A stretch of DNA of 14,591 nt from a virus (taxonomy: Duplodnaviria > Heunggongvirae > Uroviricota > Caudoviricetes): IMG/VR virus record IMGVR_UViG_3300037455_001096; one strand, given 5' to 3'. The position numbers and the translations under genes are program-made. The notes beneath the pieces are model-generated. The model did no database searches and was not told the DNA's origin. It saw only the letters and a list, made by a program, of their open reading frames with translations. Below, one piece after another: positions 7,257 through 14,328 of the stretch (positions are counted from its first letter, which is position 1; each line of letters opens with the position of its first letter).

Positions 7257-8108
7257 CTAATTGTCGTTTGTTGTTTCTTCGCCCGCCCAACCGACAAGTT
7301 TCTTCACGATTTCCCAAATATCATCGGGCATCTTATACGAATATCTGTCGGTGTTGTGGACATCACCGAATCGTTTGTCCACTCTGTCGGTAATGTAAGT
7401 CCTTTCGTGGATTCCCAAATACAAGGCGTAATCCAACATAAACCTCGGCGTGTTCTTGTAGCAACCAATAATGCCACTCGACCTTTCGGCGAGTTTTTCC
7501 CGCTTCTCTTCGAGAGAATTCGCGGTTTCCTTGACATCATACGGGTCATACGTCATTTCCAACCATTCCTCGACCCTTCTGAACATATACCCTGGGTGTA
7601 TTGATTCGTATGACGAGAAATCGTCAGTCTCGCAATCAGACAACTTGGTTTTCTGTTCGATAGCCCATTCGTTGCCGCAGTCTTTGCACTTGTTCACGGG
7701 ATAGGTATCCAACTCACCGTCAATCTTCGAGTGGAACGATGCGTCCGACACGTGGCTTGAAATGAATAATCCGCTCGAACTGTGCGATGATGCGTGTCCG
7801 CTGCCTTTGCCGTGCAGTTCACCCTTGACCCTTTTGATGTGATGAATGACATTCTTGCTCTTGCAGTTCGGACACACTTCGTTTTTTTCACGCACAACGC
7901 TTTCGCGGGATTCATATATCTTCACGGCTTTCTCCGTTTCCCTTTTATGATAGCCTTTCAGCCAATCCTCAATCATTTTCTTGCGCTCTTGGTATGCCTC
8001 GCGAGCCTTTTTAGCGTCTTCAAGACGCTTCTGTTCCGCAGCCTTTTCTTCAGCCTGCTTCTTGGCAAGCCTTGCCTGCCGTCTTGCTTTTATTCCGAAT
8101 AAGTCCAT
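7257..8108 (-). CDS. Hypothetical protein with an N-terminal charged helix and a CxxC...CxxC zinc-ribbon-like motif (283 aa)
   Basis: Lys/Ala/Glu/Arg-rich N-terminus, then VCPNCKSKNV ... KCKDCGNEW separated by a Ser/Gly/His-rich insert. Start moved to GAT-ATG 8108. Confidence 0.85.
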   Translation of the reverse strand: MDLFGIKARRQARLAKKQAEEKAAEQKRLEDAKKAREAYQERKKMIEDWLKGYHKRETEKAVKIYESRESVVREKNEVCPNCKSKNVIHHIKRVKGELHGKGSGHASSHSSSGLFISSHVSDASFHSKIDGELDTYPVNKCKDCGNEWAIEQKTKLSDCETDDFSSYESIHPGYMFRRVEEWLEMTYDPYDVKETANSLEEKREKLAERSSGIIGCYKNTPRFMLDYALYLGIHERTYITDRVDKRFGDVHNTDRYSYKMPDDIWEIVKKLVGWAGEETTNDN

Positions 8109-8119
8109 ATCTTTATTTT

Positions 8120-8368
8120 TTAGTCGGTTATCATATCGTTGATTTTCTCCAAGATGTCGTTGTACGCTTTCTCTTTCGTTGGACACATAGAACAGAGATA
8201 GTACCAATAACTCTTGCTGTGTACGTGGGCGGGTTGGTTGTTTTCGTCATAGTAGCCGTAACTCCACCAATCCTTGAACATCTCGTCATCGTAGGTGTCG
8301 ATTGACAATGTGTATGTAACACCCCCATACACTATGCTTTTCGGTAATTTTTCTTTTTCTGCTGCCAT
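8120..8368 (-). CDS. Hypothetical protein (82 aa)
   Basis: Tyr/Trp-rich ORF. ATG 8368 lies immediately after the promoter-like motif at 8369-8391; the track start lies inside that motif. Confidence 0.8.
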   Translation of the reverse strand: MAAEKEKLPKSIVYGGVTYTLSIDTYDDEMFKDWWSYGYYDENNQPAHVHSKSYWYYLCSMCPTKEKAYNDILEKINDMITD

Positions 8369-8404
8369 ACTATAATATAATAAAAAAATCGGAGACGCAC
8401 AAAA
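8369..8404 (-). promoter_or_regulatory. Repeated promoter-like motif B, copy 1
   Basis: The minus strand reads TTTTGTGC-N5-CGATTTTTTTATTATATTATAGT directly before an ATG. The 23-bp core is identical to 13259-13281. Confidence 0.7.
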
Positions 8405-8408
8405 CAAT

Positions 8409-8948
8409 TTAAATTTTTCCGATTACGCTCGCGCTTTCCGCTATGTAGTTGTAATGCAGGAACTCGCGGCTTGACGACTCGTAATAGTCGCCGTCCGATG
8501 CGTAACCCACAACGTAGGTTTTATATGTGCCGTCACATTTCGACTTCTTTATCTCGCACACGTTCCACATATTGCCAATTCTCGACTTTTTGATTGCGAA
8601 TTCCATAGCGGCGACCTCGCTGTCCGTGAGGTAGCATTCGTCTATGTTAGAACTGACAACGCAATACTTGTAGTTCGGATTCACCGACTCGGCTGCGTGC
8701 TTTCTCTCGGTGTAGATGATGTCCTTCAGTTCGACATCGCCGTATGCAATGGCGTTGTTTTCGGCAATATCCTTACCCTTGGTGTCGAATATGCTTTTAG
8801 CCTGCGGCAAGAATTGGCTCAACAACTGCGCGTCAGTAGGCTCGCCGTCAATCACATTAACATCGTCAATGTGGTAATCCACATACGCTTCCACGAAATT
8901 CAGTATCTCCGTGAGCGCGGTCAATTGGGTTTGGGTTATATTGTTCAT
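8409..8948 (-). CDS. Hypothetical protein (179 aa)
   Basis: Long coding-strand ORF, tightly packed with its neighbours; no motif recognised. Confidence 0.82.
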   Translation of the reverse strand: MNNITQTQLTALTEILNFVEAYVDYHIDDVNVIDGEPTDAQLLSQFLPQAKSIFDTKGKDIAENNAIAYGDVELKDIIYTERKHAAESVNPNYKYCVVSSNIDECYLTDSEVAAMEFAIKKSRIGNMWNVCEIKKSKCDGTYKTYVVGYASDGDYYESSSREFLHYNYIAESASVIGKI

Positions 8949-8952
8949 TTCT

Positions 8953-9369
8953 TTACAGTTTTTCGATTATGCTTTTGATTAGTTTTGCGTCCACGGCGTT
9001 TTTGTATCCGCCTTCTAACTTGGGCTTGTTTGACGCTGTGAAATAGACGATGCTTCCATCGCTTTTGTCGAGCATCTCTTGCAGTTTGGATTTGCATTCC
9101 TTCACTCCGCATTTCTTCACGAAGGCAACGATTATGTCAGAAGCCTTTGAGTAGTCATAGTAGGTGGGCGACCAAGTTCCGCCGAGGACGTTGCTCGACT
9201 TGACAACGAATGAGTTTCCCGACAAACGTTCCTCTATGCACGGGGATTCCTTTGATTCGCCCTTGACCACACAGATGATTGCATCCATAAGTTTGCTTTC
9301 GATTGCGGTCTTCTTTGCCACGATTTCTTCGAGTTCCTTGTAAATCTTTTCTATTTCTTTCATAACCAT
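8953..9369 (-). CDS. Hypothetical protein (138 aa)
   Basis: First gene downstream of the left inverted-repeat promoter. Start at 9369 or 9363. Confidence 0.82.
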   Translation of the reverse strand: MVMKEIEKIYKELEEIVAKKTAIESKLMDAIICVVKGESKESPCIEERLSGNSFVVKSSNVLGGTWSPTYYDYSKASDIIVAFVKKCGVKECKSKLQEMLDKSDGSIVYFTASNKPKLEGGYKNAVDAKLIKSIIEKL

Positions 9370-9371
9370 CG

Positions 9372-9456
9372 TTTTTGATTACGCTGCAAAAATACAAAAT
9401 TTTTTATACACTCGGCATTTTTTTCTGAAAAAGTTATCAACAAAGTTATCAACAAT
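9372..9456 (-). repeat. 85-bp perfect inverted repeat, left arm; contains an outward-facing TAnnTTTG promoter element and a 12-bp tandem repeat
   Basis: The reverse complement is identical base for base to 10951-11035. Contains AAAGTTATCAAC x2 (9430-9453) and TATTTTTGCAGCG on the minus strand. Confidence 0.97.
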
Positions 9457-9470
9457 TATAAATATAAATA
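9457..9470 (+). promoter_or_regulatory. Two overlapping TATAAATA octamers (T4 late-promoter-like)
   Basis: TATAAATA at 9457-9464 and 9463-9470, ending 18 bp before ATG 9489. It matches the T4 gp55 late consensus but lies in AT-rich DNA. Confidence 0.45.
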
Positions 9471-9488
9471 TTGAAAATAAATTGAAGT

Positions 9489-9716
9489 ATGGCACACATA
9501 ATGAGAATTGACGAATACGCAAGCAACAACAGCCAAATCAACGCTATTCTTCGTGAACTCGAAGCGAAGAAACGCGACTATGAGTTGGATGGTGTTGAAC
9601 TTACGGAAGAAGATGCCCAAACGGTCATCAACTTTATGAACAGCGATAATATGTCGCAGGAAGAGGCAATACAAGCGACATTAAGCGGAATCAGCGATTG
9701 CCTTTCACAAGAATAA
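9489..9716 (+). CDS. Small acidic hypothetical protein (75 aa), N-terminus MAHIMRIDE
   Basis: ORF after an AT-rich leader; shares its N-terminal motif with the next gene. Confidence 0.85.
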   Translation: MAHIMRIDEYASNNSQINAILRELEAKKRDYELDGVELTEEDAQTVINFMNSDNMSQEEAIQATLSGISDCLSQE

Positions 9717-9724
9717 AGAAAATT

Positions 9725-10108
9725 ATGGCACACATTAAAACTATTGACGAAATGCAAGAACACGGCGGACGTGTCGTGAACGAGGAATTCCATTCCCACC
9801 AATTTGACAACCAACTTCGTTTCTTGGAAAACATCATTGACGACAACGACCTCGCTGTCTTAATCAAGGACGTTTCGGAAAACACACCGTACAAACCAAA
9901 CGAGGTTGTTGATGACATAGAGGATTTCTTCTATGAGTGCAAGGGTATGACCGAAACCTGCAACGGTACAAACGAGGTCACTTGCAGGGATAATCTATCG
10001 TACAACATTGCCATCATCGATGAAAACGGCGAAATGTACGCGAGCATAGATTTCCAACTCATATACTACAACGAAAACACGGTCAGTGCGCTGCAACAGA
10101 GATTCTAA
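9725..10108 (+). CDS. Acidic hypothetical protein (127 aa), N-terminus MAHIKTIDE
   Basis: Start moved to ATT-ATG 9725, 8 bp after the upstream stop. Ends shortly before the terminator hairpin. Confidence 0.85.
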   Translation: MAHIKTIDEMQEHGGRVVNEEFHSHQFDNQLRFLENIIDDNDLAVLIKDVSENTPYKPNEVVDDIEDFFYECKGMTETCNGTNEVTCRDNLSYNIAIIDENGEMYASIDFQLIYYNENTVSALQQRF

Positions 10109-10133
10109 TGTTGCGGAGACCGCGTATCAATCG

Positions 10134-10168
10134 AAAAAGGCGACACAAACCGTGCCGCCTTTTCTTTT
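10134..10168. terminator. Bidirectional intrinsic terminator between convergent genes
   Basis: AAAAAGGCGACAC-AAACC-GTGCCGCCTTTTCTTTT: a GC stem with one mismatch, an A-tract on the left and a T-tract on the right, lying between the stops at 10108 (+) and 10167 (-). Confidence 0.8.
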
Positions 10169-10583
10169 ACATATATCCGAACTTCTTTATGTGTTCAATC
10201 ATATCGTTCTGTTTTATGATGAACTCAACGTAGTCCTCTATCTCCTTATACAAAGTGTCGCATTTCTTTATCTCCTTCTTGCTGATGTTCTTTTTCCCGT
10301 ATGGGAGTTCGAACAGCCGCTCCGTGAAGTCGTAGAATTTCTCCCTAACGAGACGTTGCGAGAACGCGCTCGTCTTTTTCAGTCTGTCTTTTTGCGATTG
10401 CAGGTATTTGGACAGAACGAGGTTGCGGACGGACAGTTCCCAACATTTAGTATAGTAGCCAGCGGTGGTGTTTATCGTCCCGTCCGTGTAAACGACATTG
10501 CCATCCTTGGAGGATATAATCTGCTTCAGTTCCCCCTCGTTGTCAAAAATCCAATCGCCAACCTTAAAGTCCTTCAAATACAT
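10167..10583 (-). CDS. Hypothetical protein (138 aa)
   Basis: The N-terminal FKVGDWI is reminiscent of SH3/KOW-like starts in phage proteins; the C-terminus looks helical. Confidence 0.82.
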   Translation of the reverse strand: MYLKDFKVGDWIFDNEGELKQIISSKDGNVVYTDGTINTTAGYYTKCWELSVRNLVLSKYLQSQKDRLKKTSAFSQRLVREKFYDFTERLFELPYGKKNISKKEIKKCDTLYKEIEDYVEFIIKQNDMIEHIKKFGYM

Positions 10584-10603
10584 ATATAATACATATATTA
10601 TTA

Positions 10604-10879
10604 CTATTTTAATTCGGTAAGCCCGTAAAGTTCAGCCTGCGTTATAGGCTCTTCCCGTTTCGGGTCTATTCCGTAGATGGACGCGATTAGCGGGAAGTCC
10701 ACAATTTTCTTCGGGTCAAGTAACCAATCGTTTTCCTCATATTGGAAAGCCCAAGCCGTTCCGAATCTCGAAACCATAATCTTGCGTGCATCCGACCAAG
10801 AATCGGCGGTTATCACCGTGTAGCAGTTTCTGTGCGGGTCGTCAATGCCGCAGCCGAATGTGAAATAGTATTTTTTCAT
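10604..10879 (-). CDS. Hypothetical protein (91 aa)
   Basis: The YYFTFG...AR..M...FG..WAFQYE pattern resembles small phage hypothetical proteins (recalled, not searched). Ends TAG-TAA. Confidence 0.82.
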   Translation of the reverse strand: MKKYYFTFGCGIDDPHRNCYTVITADSWSDARKIMVSRFGTAWAFQYEENDWLLDPKKIVDFPLIASIYGIDPKREEPITQAELYGLTELK

Positions 10880-10894
10880 ATCTTTGGTTTTATG

Positions 10895-10914
10895 TAATAT
10901 AATAAAAAAATCGG
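10895..10914 (-). promoter_or_regulatory. Repeated promoter-like motif B, copy 2
   Basis: The minus strand reads CCGATTTTTTTATTATATTA, sharing a 19-bp core with the other copies, 15 bp upstream of ATG 10879. Confidence 0.65.
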
Positions 10915-10950
10915 AAAACCGTCAGAATTTGTGTATTTATCAAGCATTCG

Positions 10951-11035
10951 ATTGTTGATAACTTTGTTGATAACTTTTTCAGAAAAAAATGCCGAGTGTA
11001 TAAAAAATTTTGTATTTTTGCAGCGTAATCAAAAA
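10951..11035 (+). repeat. 85-bp perfect inverted repeat, right arm; contains an outward-facing TAnnTTTG promoter element
   Basis: Identical to the reverse complement of 9372-9456. TGTTGATAA at 10953-10961 and 10965-10973; TATTTTTG at 11013-11020, 23 bp before ATG 11044. Confidence 0.97.
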
Positions 11036-11043
11036 GCGAAGAT

Positions 11044-11664
11044 ATGAAACAGTACAAATTCGTCAGAGTACACAAGAAAGGAACGAGTGAATACGGCTGT
11101 TGGTATTTCAAGCCGCAGAGCCTCGATGACGTCAATCTCCATTGGAAAGAGATTTGCGGTTCTGAAATCAAGAAGCACGTGCAGGAGCGTTTTGAAAAAT
11201 CCGTTCTTGTGGAGCGCGAGGGCAAAGAGCCGTATATATCCGCACCTCATCCGACAACGCAGTTCGGTATGGGTGTCGAAGCGTACCTGCAAGTCGTGAA
11301 CGGCAACTATGCTCTCGGTATGCTCGAATTGGAAAACATCGCATACAAGACAAGGGTTGAATCCTATATGAAAGGGGATGACATCTACCTTGCCAACGGT
11401 ATGACCATCTATATGATTGACGACCGATTCTTTGAAATCGCCGAAACAGTCGAAACCGACAAATTCGCGTTTCCGACAAAAAAGGATTGGTCGCTCGATG
11501 ATGTCCGATATATGCAGTGGAATATGCTCGGCAACAAAGGTCAGCATTGGTACGCGAAAATCGGCAACCGCGACATCTACGATGAAGCGGGCAGAATGAA
11601 ATGGGACACCAAGGACGAGGCTACGAAAGCCGCCGAATGGTTCATCAGCAACAAACTGAAATAA
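11044..11664 (+). CDS. Hypothetical protein (206 aa)
   Basis: First gene after the right inverted-repeat promoter; GAT-ATG start. Confidence 0.85.
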   Translation: MKQYKFVRVHKKGTSEYGCWYFKPQSLDDVNLHWKEICGSEIKKHVQERFEKSVLVEREGKEPYISAPHPTTQFGMGVEAYLQVVNGNYALGMLELENIAYKTRVESYMKGDDIYLANGMTIYMIDDRFFEIAETVETDKFAFPTKKDWSLDDVRYMQWNMLGNKGQHWYAKIGNRDIYDEAGRMKWDTKDEATKAAEWFISNKLK

Positions 11665-11688
11665 TCGACTATGTTAAAATAAAGAATT

Positions 11689-11904
11689 ATGGCACAGACT
11701 AAAATGACTCTTGATAATTTCATCAAGTTCCTCACGAAAATCAGAGACAAGAACAACGCGGGTGACTACATTGTTATGAATACAAGACTCGACCACCGCA
11801 GACACGGCATATATGAATACCTTGTGAATATGCAGAGAGGCGACATCTTTGTAGACGACAACAACAAGAGTGTGGAAATATCACCGAGAATCAATTTTTT
11901 CTAA
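11689..11904 (+). CDS. Hypothetical protein (71 aa)
   Basis: ATT-ATG start; co-oriented within the cluster. Confidence 0.78.
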   Translation: MAQTKMTLDNFIKFLTKIRDKNNAGDYIVMNTRLDHRRHGIYEYLVNMQRGDIFVDDNNKSVEISPRINFF

Positions 11905-11922
11905 CAATAAAAGCAACGGATT

Positions 11923-12348
11923 ATGTTAAAGAAAGAATCACAACTGCTTTGCTCCGACCTCTGCGCAAGATTGCCGTATGGGGTTATCTGCCGCACCATT
12001 GTCGGGGACTATCGTTTGCTCGGCATAGACTTCGACCGAGAAACGTACAGATTCGACTCCCCGATTTACGAGGAGGGCGATGACATATTCGATTTCCAAC
12101 ACGGCGGGGTCAAGCCATATCTCCGCCCGATGTCGAGTATGACAACGAAGGAGTGGTGCGAATACAGCAACAGTGTAATCGAGGACGACAAATCCGCCGT
12201 TTTGGTCAGAAACGCATACAGATTTGTGCCAACCAAGCATCGCGAGAATTGGCTTAATGCACATCACATTGATTACAACGGGCTTATCGAAAAGGGTCTT
12301 GCCCTGCCAGCCCCCGATGGTATGTATCAAACAATCAATAACAATTAA
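11923..12348 (+). CDS. Paralog family copy 13 (141 aa), isolated on the opposite strand
   Basis: SDLCARLPY...KPYLRPMSSMTTKE...NWLNAHHIDYNGLIEKGLALPAPDGMY. Confidence 0.92.
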   Translation: MLKKESQLLCSDLCARLPYGVICRTIVGDYRLLGIDFDRETYRFDSPIYEEGDDIFDFQHGGVKPYLRPMSSMTTKEWCEYSNSVIEDDKSAVLVRNAYRFVPTKHRENWLNAHHIDYNGLIEKGLALPAPDGMYQTINNN

Positions 12349-12360
12349 AAAACAGCAATT

Positions 12361-12591
12361 ATGGATTACAACAGTTTTATGACATTTGCGATGATATTCC
12401 TTTTGTGTGTTGTCGGATTTCTTGTGGTGTTCACCAACGTGTTCAGCATAAAAATTGTGTTGGAGGATTGTGTGAAAAAGAAAAACAGAACAAAGGGCGA
12501 CATTTTCTTCGCTATAATAATTTCGTTTCTTGTGATTCTGCTTGATTGCATTTCCGCAATCGGAGTCATAGTGTGTGCAATTTCAAAATAA
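12361..12591 (+). CDS. Small two-TM membrane protein (76 aa)
   Basis: Two hydrophobic stretches separated by a basic loop (KKKNRTK); paralog of the next gene. Confidence 0.82.
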   Translation: MDYNSFMTFAMIFLLCVVGFLVVFTNVFSIKIVLEDCVKKKNRTKGDIFFAIIISFLVILLDCISAIGVIVCAISK

Positions 12592-12613
12592 CAACAATTA
12601 AAAAACGGCAATT

Positions 12614-12841
12614 ATGAATTACGAAAGTATATTGTTATTCGCGGCAAAGTTTATCGCCATCGTGGTGACTTGGCTCATAGTAATCGTCAATATCCTTGTG
12701 GTGAACAACGTGGTTGATTGGATAAAGGAGGACAAAAAAGACATCATAGATTGGTTCTATATCATTGTTGCATCATTATCACTCGCACTGCTTGACTTCA
12801 TTTGCGTTATCGGTGCTGTTCTCTTTTTTACGATAATATAA
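12614..12841 (+). CDS. Small two-TM membrane protein (75 aa), paralog of 12361-12591
   Basis: MNYESILLFA vs MDYNSFMTFA; LLDFICVIG vs LLDCISAIG; near-identical leader. Confidence 0.82.
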   Translation: MNYESILLFAAKFIAIVVTWLIVIVNILVVNNVVDWIKEDKKDIIDWFYIIVASLSLALLDFICVIGAVLFFTII

Positions 12842-12858
12842 TTGTTTCACAGATAAAA

Positions 12859-13236
12859 ATGAATGTTATGAAAATCTCATTGGTTATCATTATTGTAATC
12901 GCCGCGATTGTTTTGTGGGGGATAATCGCTTTGCTGTCATTGTTTTTCGGTGACAATGAACTTGACATCCACACCTATACGAATCCAGACTATGAGACGT
13001 ATAGTGAGAACTATCCCGAATTTGCGAAGTTGCATCCCGCCGAATCGCAAAAGGATTTGGAAAACTGCTACGAGGGTTGGGTGAACATCTTTCTCACGGA
13101 CACGCATAAAATCTATGCGGGCAGGAAAATCGGTCACACGCTTGTCGGCGCGGTGGAGGATGCCAATCTTGACAAAATCAGCAATGACGACACACGAATC
13201 GCCACGGTGAAGGTTGTGTTCAGCAGCCCAGCGTAA
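12859..13236 (+). CDS. Membrane-anchored hypothetical protein (about 125 aa)
   Basis: N-terminal hydrophobic helix (ISLVIIIVIAAIVLWGIIALLSLFF), then a soluble domain. Start at 12859 or 12868. Confidence 0.8.
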   Translation: MNVMKISLVIIIVIAAIVLWGIIALLSLFFGDNELDIHTYTNPDYETYSENYPEFAKLHPAESQKDLENCYEGWVNIFLTDTHKIYAGRKIGHTLVGAVEDANLDKISNDDTRIATVKVVFSSPA

Positions 13237-13246
13237 GGAGATTGTT

Positions 13247-13281
13247 TTTGTGCATTTACGATTTTTTTATTATATTATAGT
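13247..13281 (+). promoter_or_regulatory. Repeated promoter-like motif B, copy 3
   Basis: TTTTGTGC-N5-CGATTTTTTTATTATATTATAGT upstream of ATG 13287/13293; the core is identical to the copy at 8369-8391. Confidence 0.7.
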
Positions 13282-13292
13282 ATAGAATGATT

Positions 13293-13904
13293 ATGGAAAA
13301 TAATGACAAATTTGAAAAAGGACGGTATGCACTGCTCGGCATAACGGGTTGGCATCTGCGGAAGATTCTCAAAAACAGAATCGTGGAAGTCGTGTACGCC
13401 ACTATGGATGACTTTGGTTCGGTCATATTCGAAAGCGACCCCATTGAGGAATTCGGCGACTTCGACAAGAATGCGCTTTACATTCTCAAAGAGTACAAAA
13501 AAGATAACCTTGAGGTCAACGACAAACGCACTTGGACAAAATCGGGATTGAGCATACTCGGCATAACGGGGTTGATTGACCTTCTTTCCAACGAGGAAAT
13601 CGAATCCTGCGCTGACAAAAGCGATTCCGAACTTGTTGAGTTCATCGTGAGCCGTTTCAGCGACTGCATAGGTTTCGAGGTCGGTGACGACAACGGGGTT
13701 ATGAAATTCGCCGCGCTCCACAAAGTTGTGGATAAAAGCAAGTCGTTTTCGGACAAGACAGTCGAGATTATGAAAACAAGGGAAGAACGCGACAGACTTG
13801 AAGCGGAAATCCAAAAACTTACGAAAAAGAAGCACGATTTGACGCTGAAACTGAACAAACTCCAAACCCAACAAAATTACAGAGAAAGACAAATCAAAAA
13901 ATAA
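13293..13904 (+). CDS. Hypothetical protein with an internal LGITG repeat and a C-terminal coiled coil (203 aa)
   Basis: ALLGITG / SILGITG repeat; heptad-like C-terminus (RDRLEAEIQKLTKKKHDLTLKLNKL). Alternative start at 13287. Confidence 0.85.
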   Translation: MENNDKFEKGRYALLGITGWHLRKILKNRIVEVVYATMDDFGSVIFESDPIEEFGDFDKNALYILKEYKKDNLEVNDKRTWTKSGLSILGITGLIDLLSNEEIESCADKSDSELVEFIVSRFSDCIGFEVGDDNGVMKFAALHKVVDKSKSFSDKTVEIMKTREERDRLEAEIQKLTKKKHDLTLKLNKLQTQQNYRERQIKK

Positions 13905-13909
13905 TTATT

Positions 13910-14323
13910 ATGTGGTGTTTATTAACTTTTATCATTGCAATCGCGGTGGGTATCGCCGCAGGCGTTTTGAGTGAAAAACGCGAATGGTATAGATGGGAAC
14001 CAGTTACAACCCCCGTGTGTGTTCTATCCCTTGCCTACGGAATCATCGGGCTTCTTGCATTCATATTCACGGATAGTGCCGAAACGGATTACCGAAAGTA
14101 TATGAAGGCTAAATCCGAGTGCGAACTCCTCAAAACGGAAGCCAATGTGTCTATGGAAACCGTGACATATTTCACGGAGTACATCGATTCGATGAACAAG
14201 CGTATCGAGAAGTCGAAAAAATACAAAGACCATTGGTATCTCAAAAACTTCTACAACGAGGAAACAGCCGCGCTCGAACCGCTCAATTACGATACAGTCA
14301 ATGTCAAAATCGTTTTAAAATGA
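13910..14323 (+). CDS. Membrane protein with two N-terminal TM segments and a soluble C-terminal domain (137 aa)
   Basis: Hydrophobic stretches at residues ~2-20 and ~33-53, followed by a charged helical region. Confidence 0.83.
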   Translation: MWCLLTFIIAIAVGIAAGVLSEKREWYRWEPVTTPVCVLSLAYGIIGLLAFIFTDSAETDYRKYMKAKSECELLKTEANVSMETVTYFTEYIDSMNKRIEKSKKYKDHWYLKNFYNEETAALEPLNYDTVNVKIVLK

Positions 14324-14328
14324 GAATT

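Noticed and set aside
5108-10606. Possible stop-codon reassignment (TAG=Gln, as in Lak and some crAss-like phages). The TAG at 5108-5110 is in frame with the downstream 38-aa ORF, and the TAG at 10604-10606 is followed by TAA.
   Set aside because: No called gene or family copy is interrupted by TAG or TGA, TGA ends several genes with coupled starts, and the 38-aa ORF has its own typical start. The standard code explains the window; only genome-wide data could fully exclude recoding.
9372-11035. Transposon or IS element with terminal inverted repeats
   Set aside because: No transposase inside, no target-site duplication in the flanks (ATAACCATCG vs GCGAAGATAT), and the arms function as outward promoters abutting the flanking genes.
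13727-13735. Perfect DnaA box TGTGGATAA
   Set aside because: A single site inside a coding region (VVDK codons), isolated from other boxes; likely chance.
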